From NCBI RefSeq assembly GCF_000737315.1, contig NZ_JMCB01000002.1:496001-560000 (forward strand): a stretch of 64,000 nucleotides of DNA, given 5' to 3'. This DNA is from Hyalangium minutum. Its GTDB lineage: Bacteria > Myxococcota > Myxococcia > Myxococcales > Myxococcaceae. Every line of letters starts with the position of its first letter. Positions within the stretch are counted from its first letter, which is position 1. The notes below the pieces were generated by a model. That model searched no databases and had not been told where the DNA came from. It was given only the letters and a program-made list of their open reading frames with translations. Shown here piece after piece: positions 55,701-64,000 of the stretch. The translations under genes were made by a program, and so were the position numbers.

Positions 55701-58700
55701 AGCGCGAGGGACATGGCCTGGGCCTCTCCATCGCCAAGGGCATCGTGGAGAGCCACGGAGGGCAGATCCGGCTCGAGCGCACCTCCGGCACAGGCAGCAC
55801 CTTCTCTCTCTCTCTTCCCGCCGGACAGCAGACGGGCGCGGTCTCGCCTGCCCCCCGCCAGGCACTCCAACGGCCGGGCGCCGAGGAGAGCTTCATTCAA
55901 AACGGCGGTGAGATGGGCGCGCTGATGCGCTCCATCGACTGGTCCAAGAACTCGCTGGGCCCCATCGAGGACTGGCCTCAATCCCTGCGGACATCCGTGA
56001 GCACGATGCTCCGCTCCCCTTATCCGATCATCCTCTTCTGGGGCCCCCAGCTCCGCATGCTCTACAACGACCCGTTCCGTCCCATCCTCGGGGCGAAGCA
56101 TCCCGAGACCATGGGGGCGCGCGGGAATGAGGCGCTCGCCGAGGAATGGGCGCTCCTCGGCCCCTTGATGAAGCGCGTCCATGAGACGGGAGAGCCGCTG
56201 TTCATCGAGAACGGGAACGTCAACTTCCAGCGGCGGCCGGGCGGCTTGCGAGAGGAGGCCTACTTCACCTGGTCCTACAACCCGACCATTGGTGAGTTGG
56301 GGGAGATCGCGGGCCTCTTCGCCATCGCGAGCGAGACAACACGACAGGTGGTCGGGGACCGCCAGCTGGGGATCCTCCGGGAGCTGTCCATCCGGGCGGC
56401 GCTCACCAAGAAGGTCGAAGAGGTCTTCCGCTCCGTGGAAGAAGTCCTCGCGCAGGCCGGACATGATCTGCCCTTCGCGCTCTTCTACGTCATCAGGGCC
56501 GGCAAGGCGCACCTGGTGAGCTGCGCCGGCCTCGCCCGGGGAGCACCCGCGGCTCCCGTCGAGCTCAGCCTCGGCGACTCCCTCTCGTGGCCGCTCGCCG
56601 AGGTGGCCAGCCGGAAGCAGGAGGTGTTGGTCGAAGATCTCCACTTGAAGTTCGGACACCTTCCTGGCGGCCCCTGGCCCGAACCCACCACGCGCGCACT
56701 GCTCCTTCCCGTGCCCATGGGCGCGGATGCCGAGGCCACCGGAGTGCTCGTGGCGGGCCTGAGTCCCCTGATGGCGCTGCACGGCGAGTACCGCGGCTTC
56801 CTGCAGCTCCTGGCGCGGCAGCTCGCCGCCAGCCTCTCCAGTGCCCGCGCCTATGAACAGGAAAAGCAGCGGGCCGAGGAGCTGGCCCGGCTGGATCAGG
56901 CAAAGACTGCCTTCTTCAGCAACGTGAGCCACGAGTTCAGGACTCCGCTTACGCTCATTCTCGGCCCCATCGAGGACGCACTCTCCAAGACGGAGAAAGC
57001 GTTGGAGGGAGAGAGGCTCGACCTGGTCCGCCGCAATGCCCTGCGGCTCTACAAGCTGGTCAACACGCTGCTCGACTTCTCGCGCATGGAGGCGGGCCGG
57101 GCCCAGGCCCACTACGCGCCGACGGACCTCTCCGCCCTGACGCGCAACCTCGCGAGCGCCTTCCAATCCGCCGTGGAGAGCGCGGGCTTGAGGCTGGTGG
57201 TGGACTGCCCACCCCTTCCCGAGCCCATCTACGTGGACCCGGAGATGTGGGAGAAGATTGTCCTGAACCTTCTCTCCAACGCGGTGAAGTACACCCATGA
57301 AGGGGAGATCCGCGTGGGCCTCCGGTGGCAGGACGGTCAGGCCGTCCTCACCGTCCAGGACACGGGGGTGGGCATTCCCGAGGAAGAGCTGCCGCGCATC
57401 TTCGAGCGCTTCTACCGCGTGCGTGTCACCCAGGGGCGAAGCCACGAGGGCACGGGCATCGGGCTCGCGCTGGTGCAGGAGCTGGTGAAGCTTCACGGCG
57501 GCAGCGTCTCGGTGGCCAGCACGCTGAGCGTGGGCACGACCTTCACCCTGCGGCTGCCACGCGGTTCGGCCCACCTGCCCCCCGAGCGGATCGAGCGCAC
57601 GCACCGGCCAGGCTCTCTGGCCGAGGCGGTGGCGCCCTTCGTGGAAGAGGCGAAGCGCTGGTCCGTGGAGGACTCGGGCCCGCATACCCCCAGCACGGGA
57701 GCGTCCGAGGACCCGGCGCTGGAGGTGCCCGAGGAGCTTGCGCGCTCCCGCATCCTCCTCGTGGACGACAACGCCGACCTGCGCATCTACGTCGCGGGGT
57801 TGCTCGGGCGGGCCTTCCCCCACGTCGAGACCGCCACGAACGGGAACGACGCGCTCGAGCGGGCCCGGGCCCACCCGCCGGACCTGGTCCTCTCCGATGT
57901 GATGATGCCGGGGATGGATGGTTTTGGCCTGGTGCGTGCCCTGCGCGCGAGCGAGGACACGCGCGCCATCCCCATCATCCTGCTGTCCGCGCGGGCGGGG
58001 GATGAGGCCACGGTGGAGGGCTTGCAGAGCGGCGCGGATGACTACCTGGTGAAGCCCTTCTCCGCTCGTGAGCTCCTGGTCCGGGTGCGCACCCAGCTCG
58101 ACATGGCCCGCGTGCGCCGGGAGGCGCTCCGCAACGAGCTCGAGAAGAAGGTGCTGCAAGAGTCCGTTCGGGTGCGAGACGCGTTTCTCAGCCTTGTCAG
58201 CCATGAGCTGCGCACGCCCGTGAGCGCCCTGTCGCTCAACGTCCAGTCCCTGCTCCGCAGCGTGGGCAGCCAAGGCCATGCCGAGGCGCTGCTGGAGGCC
58301 GTCGGGGCGAAGGCGCAGACGACGCAGAAACACTTGCACCGTCTGTCGCGCCTCGTCGAGCGGCTGCTGGACGTGTCAGAGCTCGTCACCGGCCGACTGA
58401 AGCTCACACGGCAGGAAGCCGACCTCTCCGCGATCGCGAGCGCCGTCGTGGATCAGGCGCGGGACAAGGCCCTTCACGCCGGCAGCGTGCTGACCTTGAA
58501 TGCGCCCTCGCCCGTCATCGGCTCCTGCGATCCGGCGCGGCTGCACCAGCTCCTCGAGAGCCTACTGGACAACGCCCTCAAGTTCGGGGCGGGAAAGCCC
58601 ATCGAGGTGGCGGTGCGGAGGGACTCGGACCAGGCCTCCATCACGGTGCGAGACCACGGCGTGGGCATCGGGCCGGAGGACCAGGATCGCATTTTCGGAC

Positions 58701-58879
58701 GCTTCGAGCGCGCCGTCTCCGAGAAGAACTATGGAGGGTTCGGGCTGGGCTTGTGGATCGCTCGCCACCTCGCGGAAGCCCACGGCGGCGGCATCCGCCT
58801 GCGGCACACAGAGGGCGGAGGCGCCACCTTTACGGCGGTGCTCCCGCTTCACCCTACGGGAGCTTCCCAGCCTCATTGA
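52793..58879 (+). CDS. Giant hybrid kinase: 2 x (PAS-like/GAF-HK-REC-HK)
   Basis: H-boxes SHELRTP, SHDLRSP, SHEFRTP, SHELRTP, each with N/G1/G2 boxes; two REC domains (DD...SDVMMPG...KPF); single 2028-aa ORF. Confidence 0.92.
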   Translation: MGHSTPPHDTAPRPSSTPEQPDTPQREAAAVLVAGGEMGALMRSIDWAQTPVGPPETWPQSLRTAVSILLESRFPMYIAWGPQFVQFYNDGYRPILGSTKHPAAMGRSAQATFEESWHIIGPMFEGVRHGTAVGSEDWMLPLDRNGYLEECYFTFSYSPIRDESGGIGGVLVTVTETTGRVLGERRLRTLRDLAARVGPVKREHDAWREAAQALEGNAFDVPFALLYRLRDADAGPELVATAGWETDTAAAVSLFGAASANPPWPFAEAAATQRPQLVPELRARFAQLPSGPWPEAPHSALVLPIARPGAQRLDGFFVAGLSARRAPDDDYRGFLGLVADHIATSISSARAYEEERKRAEALAELDRTKTAFFNNVSHELRTPLTLMLGPVEEALADTAHPLVPEQRERQEMVLRNGLRLRKLVNTMLDFARLEAGRTQALFVPTDLSSLTLELVSNFDSAMASAGLTLVSDCPALPVPVYVDPAMWEKVVLNLLSNALKFTHQGEIRIALRWLGDHVELTVQDTGIGMPAEELPRIFDRFHRVQGSQGRSHEGTGIGLALVQELVKLHGGRVTVTSVLHKGSTFTVSLPTGSGHLPQEQLGTSQARPPTGSGADEFLAEASSWNEAEASAASPRADARILLADDNADMRTYLSRLLSQHWTVEAASTGAQALAAARAHPPSLIISDVMMPGMSGLELVQALRADSRTRTIPILLLSARAGEEATIQGFGSGADEYLAKPFSAKELLARVTALLTVSRLRQEAVHAERAHTEDTQRFLEESRRATRLREEMLAVVSHDLRSPLTAIRTSAELLQRLSPEGELLARVRKQADTIRRSADRMNRLIEDLLDLASIDAGTLSIAAQAQPAEELARDVRELFEPPAAEKGVQLVFEVEPGLVLWCDKERILQALGNLLSNAIKFTPPGGSIHLRAEAEAGTGAVRLSVTDTGPGIPPAEQPHIFDRYWHGAQRKREGHGLGLSIAKGIVESHGGQIRLERTSGTGSTFSLSLPAGQQTGAVSPAPRQALQRPGAEESFIQNGGEMGALMRSIDWSKNSLGPIEDWPQSLRTSVSTMLRSPYPIILFWGPQLRMLYNDPFRPILGAKHPETMGARGNEALAEEWALLGPLMKRVHETGEPLFIENGNVNFQRRPGGLREEAYFTWSYNPTIGELGEIAGLFAIASETTRQVVGDRQLGILRELSIRAALTKKVEEVFRSVEEVLAQAGHDLPFALFYVIRAGKAHLVSCAGLARGAPAAPVELSLGDSLSWPLAEVASRKQEVLVEDLHLKFGHLPGGPWPEPTTRALLLPVPMGADAEATGVLVAGLSPLMALHGEYRGFLQLLARQLAASLSSARAYEQEKQRAEELARLDQAKTAFFSNVSHEFRTPLTLILGPIEDALSKTEKALEGERLDLVRRNALRLYKLVNTLLDFSRMEAGRAQAHYAPTDLSALTRNLASAFQSAVESAGLRLVVDCPPLPEPIYVDPEMWEKIVLNLLSNAVKYTHEGEIRVGLRWQDGQAVLTVQDTGVGIPEEELPRIFERFYRVRVTQGRSHEGTGIGLALVQELVKLHGGSVSVASTLSVGTTFTLRLPRGSAHLPPERIERTHRPGSLAEAVAPFVEEAKRWSVEDSGPHTPSTGASEDPALEVPEELARSRILLVDDNADLRIYVAGLLGRAFPHVETATNGNDALERARAHPPDLVLSDVMMPGMDGFGLVRALRASEDTRAIPIILLSARAGDEATVEGLQSGADDYLVKPFSARELLVRVRTQLDMARVRREALRNELEKKVLQESVRVRDAFLSLVSHELRTPVSALSLNVQSLLRSVGSQGHAEALLEAVGAKAQTTQKHLHRLSRLVERLLDVSELVTGRLKLTRQEADLSAIASAVVDQARDKALHAGSVLTLNAPSPVIGSCDPARLHQLLESLLDNALKFGAGKPIEVAVRRDSDQASITVRDHGVGIGPEDQDRIFGRFERAVSEKNYGGFGLGLWIARHLAEAHGGGIRLRHTEGGGATFTAVLPLHPTGASQPH

Positions 58880-59245
58880 GCGGGAGGGGCAAGCCCAAGG
58901 GCACGAAGGCCGCGGCGCCGAAGGTCCCGAGCACGCCCGCGGTGCTCATCGGGCAGCTGCCGGGGCCAGGCTCGACCCCCCCGGCACTTCCAGGCGTTCT
59001 CTGACCTCTTGAAGCACGCGCTCCAACTCGTACTGGGCATCCGCCAGAGGCAGATCGCTCAGAGTGGCCGCCGTGTGCTTCAGCTCGTCAGTGCCCCATT
59101 GCAGGGTCTGCTCGCGCCCTGACTGAGCGGCGGCCGCGAGAAGGGTGGGGTCGGCCTGGAGCAGATGGAGGTACTGCTCCAGCAGGGCTTCATGTGCCGG
59201 TTTCGCTCCGGGGGCTCCAGGCTGCGCGTGCTCCGCCAGAAACTC
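58873..59245 (-). pseudogene. Start-less protein-like reading frame, unidentified remnant
   Basis: Open frame ...HEALLEQYLHLLQADPTLLAAAAQSGREQTLQWGTDELKHTAATLSDLPLADAQYELERVLQEVRERLE... ending at TGA 58873; no canonical start. Confidence 0.25.
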
Positions 59246-59248
59246 TTT

Positions 59249-59395
59249 GTGTCGGAGTTCAATGTGTACCGGTGGGCGGGGCGGATGCTGGCCGACGCTG
59301 CCAGGTTGCGCCGGCGTGACCGGCTCAATGTGCGGCTCCCCGGGCGTGCACTGCCTTTCTTTTCCGAGGATGCGCGGCGAGAAGGCGGAGCATGA
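59249..59395 (+). pseudogene. C-terminal remnant of trehalose-6-phosphate synthase (OtsA-like)
   Basis: VSEFNVYRWAGRMLADAARLRRRDRL matches the conserved last helix of OtsA/TPS proteins as recalled; the rest of the gene is absent. Confidence 0.65.
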
Positions 59396-59411
59396 GAAGA
59401 CAGGGCGGTGG

Positions 59412-60326
59412 TCAGGCCATCCCGCGCTGCTGGCGGGCCCACGTCTCGAAGCTCATGGGAGAGAGCCCGTAGGAGCGGGCGATCTCGGGCCGTGCCAGCA
59501 CCGGGGCGACGTTCATGTACGTCAGTCCCTGCGCCACACCGGGATGCAGGCCGGCGGCGACGGCCTCCTCGACCGTGCCTGACTGCACGACGTACTCCTT
59601 GCTGTCGAGGCGCGAGAGGATCTCGGCGATCTGAGGAAGCGTGAGCAGGTCGCCGGCGAGCTGCAGCGTCACACCTTTGAACCTGGCGGGATCGTTGATC
59701 GCCGCCGCGGCTGCCTTGCCGATGTCCTCCGGGGCGATGAGCCCAATGGGCCGATCAGTCCTGATCACCGTGACCAGCTGGCGCCCGTCGGCGAAGCCGG
59801 CGGGATCGAGCATGGAGTGGTCCATGAAGGTGGCGGGTAGGATGATGGTCCAGCGGTCGAAGCCGGCGTTGCGCACGAGCTCGCAGGTCGCGAACTTGTT
59901 CTCCCAGTAGTCCTCGTGGGACTTCCAGCGGCCCTCGGCCCAGCCCTCGACGTTGCGGTGGTCGCCGACGCCCGACGTCGCGGTGTGCACGAACGTGCCG
60001 ACGCCTTCGGCCAACGCGGCCTCGACGAGGTTTTTCCCCTGCTCGCGCTCCTTGCTGTAGTCAACGCCGGTCGCGGAGAGAATGGGCGACTGCATCGAGA
60101 ACACCGCCCGTGTCCCGGCGCAGGCGGCGCGCAGCGATCGCGGATCGTCGAGATCCCCGATGACCACCTCGGCGCCGGCCGCCGCGAGGGCCTTCGCGTT
60201 CGGCGCGTCCGGGTTGCGCACCAGTACCCGCACCGATGTGCTGCCTTCGGCCAGCAGCGCCCGGGCGGTGGCGCCGCCCTGTCGCCCTGTGGCGGCGGTG
60301 ACGAGAACGGGATCGCTGCGGCTCAT
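59412..60326 (-). CDS. NmrA-like NAD(P)-binding protein
   Basis: VLVTAATGRQGGATARALL, LVRNP, GDLDD; GGAGG RBS. Confidence 0.9.
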   Translation of the reverse strand: MSRSDPVLVTAATGRQGGATARALLAEGSTSVRVLVRNPDAPNAKALAAAGAEVVIGDLDDPRSLRAACAGTRAVFSMQSPILSATGVDYSKEREQGKNLVEAALAEGVGTFVHTATSGVGDHRNVEGWAEGRWKSHEDYWENKFATCELVRNAGFDRWTIILPATFMDHSMLDPAGFADGRQLVTVIRTDRPIGLIAPEDIGKAAAAAINDPARFKGVTLQLAGDLLTLPQIAEILSRLDSKEYVVQSGTVEEAVAAGLHPGVAQGLTYMNVAPVLARPEIARSYGLSPMSFETWARQQRGMA

Positions 60327-60341
60327 GCGGGCCTCCTGTAA

Positions 60342-60397
60342 GTGGGGTGCCCCACCGTTTAGACTTCGGTGGCAAGATATGGAGGGCCACCCCGTTT
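60342..60397. promoter_or_regulatory. Two candidate TetR operators in the divergent promoter
   Basis: Palindrome GTGGGG-TG-CCCCAC (60342-60355) and related ATATGGAGGGCCACCCCGTTT (60377-60397); the sequence around each site ends in CCGTTT. Confidence 0.5.
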
Positions 60398-60428
60398 GTC
60401 GAGGCCGTTGGCCGAGGAGAAGACCGCC

Positions 60429-61034
60429 GTGGAGCGTGAGAAGGCGTTGCGAGCGGACGGCCAACGCAACCGGGAGCGGATCGTCGCCGCCGCCGCGGAG
60501 CTGGTCGCCAGGGATGGCGCGCAGGCGTCGCTCGAGGAGATCGCGCGGAGGGCGGGGGTGGGCTCCGCGACCCTGCACCGGCACTTCCCGTCGCGGCGGG
60601 CGCTGTTGGAGGTAGTATTCCGCGCTGGCGTCGCGCAGCTCTGTGCGCGGGCGGCCGCACAGCCGGGCGAGGACCCCGGCGCTGAGCTGGCTGCCTGGCT
60701 CGAAGAGCTGACGGTTTACACAGCGACACACCGCGGGCTTGCCGCTGCGCTGTTGGCCGGCCCGGATGGCCTCTCGCCAGAAGAGCTCTGCTGCACCGAC
60801 ATGCTGCTCGACGTGATGGAGGTTCTGGTGGCACGGGCCTCATCTGTGGGCGCGCTTCACGTCGGCGCCACGACGAAGGACCTGATGCTCTTGGCGAACG
60901 CGATTGCCGTCGCCACCGAAGACGATCCGGCCACAGCGAGTCGGCTGCTGCGCCTCGCGCTCACCGGTATCCGGTCTGAAAGGAACGGTCCTCCCTCTCG
61001 GCCGGGTCGGGCTCGGGCGCCGAGGAAGAAGTAA
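60429..61034 (+). CDS. TetR/AcrR family regulator
   Basis: LRADGQRNRERI leader; HTH SLEEIARRAGVGSATLHRHFPSR; GAGGAG RBS before GTG 60429. Confidence 0.9.
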   Translation: MEREKALRADGQRNRERIVAAAAELVARDGAQASLEEIARRAGVGSATLHRHFPSRRALLEVVFRAGVAQLCARAAAQPGEDPGAELAAWLEELTVYTATHRGLAAALLAGPDGLSPEELCCTDMLLDVMEVLVARASSVGALHVGATTKDLMLLANAIAVATEDDPATASRLLRLALTGIRSERNGPPSRPGRARAPRKK

Positions 61035-61056
61035 CGATGGTCTGCTGTGTGCGTCG

Positions 61057-61239
61057 ATGGCCAAGCTGGGCTTGGGGCTTGCCTATGCGTTCGAGCCCAT
61101 GGTCATGGAGGAGCTGCGCAGCGGGCAACTTCAGCGGGTGCTTGAGCCTTACGCGCCCACGGTGCCTGTGCTGCTCTTCGTGCGCCGCCGTCGCCGCGCT
61201 CGGGCTGGAGAAAGCTGCGGCGGCCTTCAAGCGCGATGA
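61057..61239 (+). pseudogene. LysR substrate-binding-domain C-terminal fragment
   Basis: GLGLAYAFEPMVMEELRSGQLQRVLEPYAPTVP is typical of the LysR effector-domain end; HTH and the rest are missing. Confidence 0.7.
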
Positions 61240-61326
61240 GTCGGACGCCTCCGAGTGGCGACAAGGCATGACGGGCGGCCCCCTTGCGAGAGCCGCCCGC
61301 CGTTCAGCATGAACCGTCTTCCGAGG

Positions 61327-63531
61327 CTACGGCGCTGTGCGATTGATGGTCAGGCTGTAGGTGGCCGTACCCGAGCCCGCGCCGCGCACCATGACGTACG
61401 CGGAGCTCTGGCCCGCCGGCACCGTCAGGGTGCACGTCTCCGAAGCACCCGAGAGCGCCGGGCGGCAGTCATACGCCGTCGTCGTCGGCGCCGAGCCGAA
61501 GCGGACGTACAGGTCCGGGTTCTTCGTGCCCGTCATCACCACCTTGAACTGCGTGCCCGCCAGCACGGTGTAGGGGCCGTGGTTCTTGTTCGTGTTCTTG
61601 CTCACCGAGCCGCTGGCCGTGTCCGTCACCGGCGTGCCGACGCCGCCACCGCCGTAGGTGCCCGTGAGGCTCGCGCCCGAGTACGAGGAGTAGCCGCTCA
61701 ACATCACATACCAGGTGCCCGCCGCCGGGGTGGTGAAGGAGCACGTCTCCGCGTTGCCGCCCGTGTACGGCCGGCAGTCGTAGCTGCTCGCCGTCGGCGC
61801 CGAGCCGAACCGCACGTACAGGTCCGCGTCACCCGTGCCGCCGCTCGTCACGAACGACAGGCTGCTCTGACCGGCCGGCACCTCGAGCGTGTAGTACTTC
61901 TTGCTGCCCGAGCTGCCCGACAGGTTCGTCACCGCCACGCCGTTGGTCAGCGGGCTCGTCACCGGAGGCGGAGGAGGCACGCCCACCGCCAGCCACGCGT
62001 CCGTCACCGCCTGCACCGTGGCCGCGTCGTAGCCCAGCGCCTGCGCCGCCTGCACTGTGTACGTCTTCGCCTGCTCGAACGTGGTGCTCGCCGTGAACAG
62101 ATCCGTGTTCGCCTTGTAGAAGATGCGGCCGGCCTTCTCCGGGCCAATCGCCGCCACGGAGACGCTCGTCTTGCCGCGCGGGTGCGTGCCGCCCTTGGAC
62201 AGCAGCGCGAACACCAGGTTGCTGATGCCCGAGCTGTAGTGCACGTCCTGGCCCGCGTAGTCCCCGTAGAAGTCCAGCGAGACGCCGTCCTTGGCCGGGT
62301 CATCCATGTAGCGCAGCGCATCCCCCGCCGTGCCCGGCGTCCAGATGTCCTCGCCAATCTTGAAGATGTCCGCGTCCACCGCCCAGCCGCGCGACCAGCT
62401 CTCGCACACGCCCGAGAAGATGTCCGAGTAGCTCTCGTTCAGGCCGCCGGACTCGCCCGAGTAGATGAGGTCCGACTCGCTGTCCGTCACCGCGTGGCTC
62501 AGCTCGTGGACTGTCACGTCCAGGTCCTTGCCCAGCTCGATGGAGTCCACGCCATTGCCGTCGCCGTACACCATCTGCGTGCCGTCCCAGTACGCGTTCA
62601 CGTAGTTGCTGCTGTAGTGAACGGTGCTGATCAGCGCCGCACCCGCGTTGTTGTACGAGTCACGCCCGAACAGCGCGTTGTAGCAGTTGTACGTGGCGCC
62701 CAGCTGGTCGTAGTTCATGTCCACGTGGGCATCGCCTACCGGCGCCTGGCCCTCGCTGCGCTTGAGCGTGCCCGGCGTGCTCGAGCCGTTGTTGGCCGAG
62801 TACACCTTGCGGTTGAGCGCCGAGTGGATCTGCGGGTGGATGGCCAGCGTGCCGCCGCGCTGCGCGTCCACGTAGATGAGGTCATCCGAGGGCATGTCGG
62901 CGTTGCCGCCGCCCTTCACCCGCACCTGCCACGCCAGCCGCAGCTCCGGGCTGCCCTCGGGCCGCAGGTAGACCAGGACCGGGGAGCCCTCGGCCTGCGC
63001 GTTGCTCGCGGCCGAGCTGTGCACCGCCGCCTGCAGCGCCGCCTCGGGGGCCACCTTTGCCTGCGCCGGCAGGGCCTCGCCGCCCCGTGCCGAGCCGTTG
63101 GCCGCGTAGATGAGGCCGTCCGCGTCCGCGTGCAGCACCAGCTCGCCGCCGACCACCTTCAGGCCGTTCAGCGTCTGCTGGAAGCGCATGTGCTGGTGGC
63201 CCTGGCTGTCCACCGAGCTCTTGCGGAACACCAAGTCATTGCTGTTGAGCCGGAACGCCGGGGCGATATCCGTCAGCGCTATCCGGGCCGTCTCGCCCAC
63301 GCGCTGCTGGGACAGCCGGGGCAGCTCGCCCAGCCGGCCTTCAATGTAATAGGGCAGGCCCTCGTCCGTGTTCGCTACCACCCGGGCCTTCTCGAACCGG
63401 GCCATCGCGGAGCGGATGTCCGCGTCCTTCGACGGCAACTCCTGCGCTGCCTCGTCCTGCATCGAACCGCATGCGGCCAGGCTCGCGCCCAGCCATGCCG
63501 CACCCACTGCCTTCAAGACCCGATTGCTCAT
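61327..63531 (-). CDS. M4 (thermolysin-like) metallopeptidase preproprotein with two PPC domains
   Basis: Lipobox-like LAAC, FTP/PepSY propeptide, NAYWDG, HELSH, GGLNESYSD, VHYSSG, two DADLYVRFG-type PPC repeats; start may be GTG 63537. Confidence 0.93.
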   Translation of the reverse strand: MSNRVLKAVGAAWLGASLAACGSMQDEAAQELPSKDADIRSAMARFEKARVVANTDEGLPYYIEGRLGELPRLSQQRVGETARIALTDIAPAFRLNSNDLVFRKSSVDSQGHQHMRFQQTLNGLKVVGGELVLHADADGLIYAANGSARGGEALPAQAKVAPEAALQAAVHSSAASNAQAEGSPVLVYLRPEGSPELRLAWQVRVKGGGNADMPSDDLIYVDAQRGGTLAIHPQIHSALNRKVYSANNGSSTPGTLKRSEGQAPVGDAHVDMNYDQLGATYNCYNALFGRDSYNNAGAALISTVHYSSNYVNAYWDGTQMVYGDGNGVDSIELGKDLDVTVHELSHAVTDSESDLIYSGESGGLNESYSDIFSGVCESWSRGWAVDADIFKIGEDIWTPGTAGDALRYMDDPAKDGVSLDFYGDYAGQDVHYSSGISNLVFALLSKGGTHPRGKTSVSVAAIGPEKAGRIFYKANTDLFTASTTFEQAKTYTVQAAQALGYDAATVQAVTDAWLAVGVPPPPPVTSPLTNGVAVTNLSGSSGSKKYYTLEVPAGQSSLSFVTSGGTGDADLYVRFGSAPTASSYDCRPYTGGNAETCSFTTPAAGTWYVMLSGYSSYSGASLTGTYGGGGVGTPVTDTASGSVSKNTNKNHGPYTVLAGTQFKVVMTGTKNPDLYVRFGSAPTTTAYDCRPALSGASETCTLTVPAGQSSAYVMVRGAGSGTATYSLTINRTAP

Positions 63532-63627
63532 CAGCACCCCAGGTGAAAGTGGAAGGGGCTGTCATGACATGCGGGGCTGACAGCGTTCGATGGAGGGGCG
63601 GATTCCCAGAAATGGGAATGGAGGCGC

Positions 63628-63999
63628 TCAGCTCCCTGTGGCGCGCTCTCGTTCACGGAGCCAGGAGGCGATGGCGCGCTCGCACTCGTCCGCGTGATCG
63701 AGGAAGGCGAAGTGCCCGCTGTTCACCTCGAAGGTGGTGGCGAGCGCTCCCGCGCGTTGGGCGAAGGCGCGCATCCGGTGCACGGGGAACATGGAGTCAT
63801 GCTGCCCCTGGACGAGGAGCACTGGCACGCGCGGGGTGTCCGCGATGCGAGAGGCGCCGGAGATCAGCACCAGTCCTCGCAGCTCGGGGCCCGAGCGGGA
63901 GAGCTTCCCCGCGAGCACGCTGGCACCCACACCTCCATTGGAGAGGCCCGCGAGGTACACCCGGCGGATACCTCGGCCCTGGAGCCAGGAGAGGGTGCG
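63628..63999 (-). CDS. Alpha/beta hydrolase, 5'-partial
   Basis: VYLAGLSNGG elbow, VQGQHD, GHF; frame open to the window end. Confidence 0.75.
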   Translation of the reverse strand, partial: RTLSWLQGRGIRRVYLAGLSNGGVGASVLAGKLSRSGPELRGLVLISGASRIADTPRVPVLLVQGQHDSMFPVHRMRAFAQRAGALATTFEVNSGHFAFLDHADECERAIASWLRERERATGS

Positions 64000-64000
64000 C

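Noticed and set aside
1-64000. Many long overlapping ORFs in the supplied track (e.g. 5792-7420+, 14343-16439-, 25085-27676+, 50474-52792+, 53699-58339-, 61255-63546+)
   Set aside because: Antisense or alternative-frame shadows of well-supported genes. They are Arg/Ala/Gly/Pro-rich, motif-free and expected in ~70% GC DNA.

Overview
High-GC (about 70%, by eye) myxobacterial chromosome segment, probably Myxococcaceae/Archangiaceae. That placement is inferred from a MYXO-CTERM protein, a Myxococcus-type argE, many lipoproteins and multi-domain histidine kinases. About 45 credible genes: core functions (mfd, argE, hutF, ligD, PPIase, CPA2 antiporter), secreted or surface proteins (10-repeat PKD-like MYXO-CTERM stalk, 14-repeat RCC1 lipoprotein, CotH kinase, M4 protease, CBM96 protein), a Rieske/cytochrome b-diheme c respiratory operon, and dense signalling. 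Most interesting: (1) A compact cyclic-nucleotide module (TPR-2x cNMP protein, Crp regulator, two tandem FHA-GAF-class III cyclases). It has three CRP-type TGT(G/A)A-N6-(T/G)(T/C)ACA boxes in its own promoters, and the cyclases carry Ala at the base-selecting position. (2) A decayed tmRNA-3'-end-like att site followed by an orphan double beta-trefoil candidate toxin/lectin. (3) A Fic gene flanked by two eroded halves of a BREX PglX-like methyltransferase. (4) A 2028-aa protein with four intact kinase cores and two receivers. (5) An XRE-HTH/PTS-EIIA regulator co-transcribed with a cation/H+ antiporter. No intact tRNA, rRNA, CRISPR array, transposase or integrase was seen. Family assignments come from motif recognition by eye, not database searches. 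Most long ORFs in the supplied track are antisense or frame shadows.
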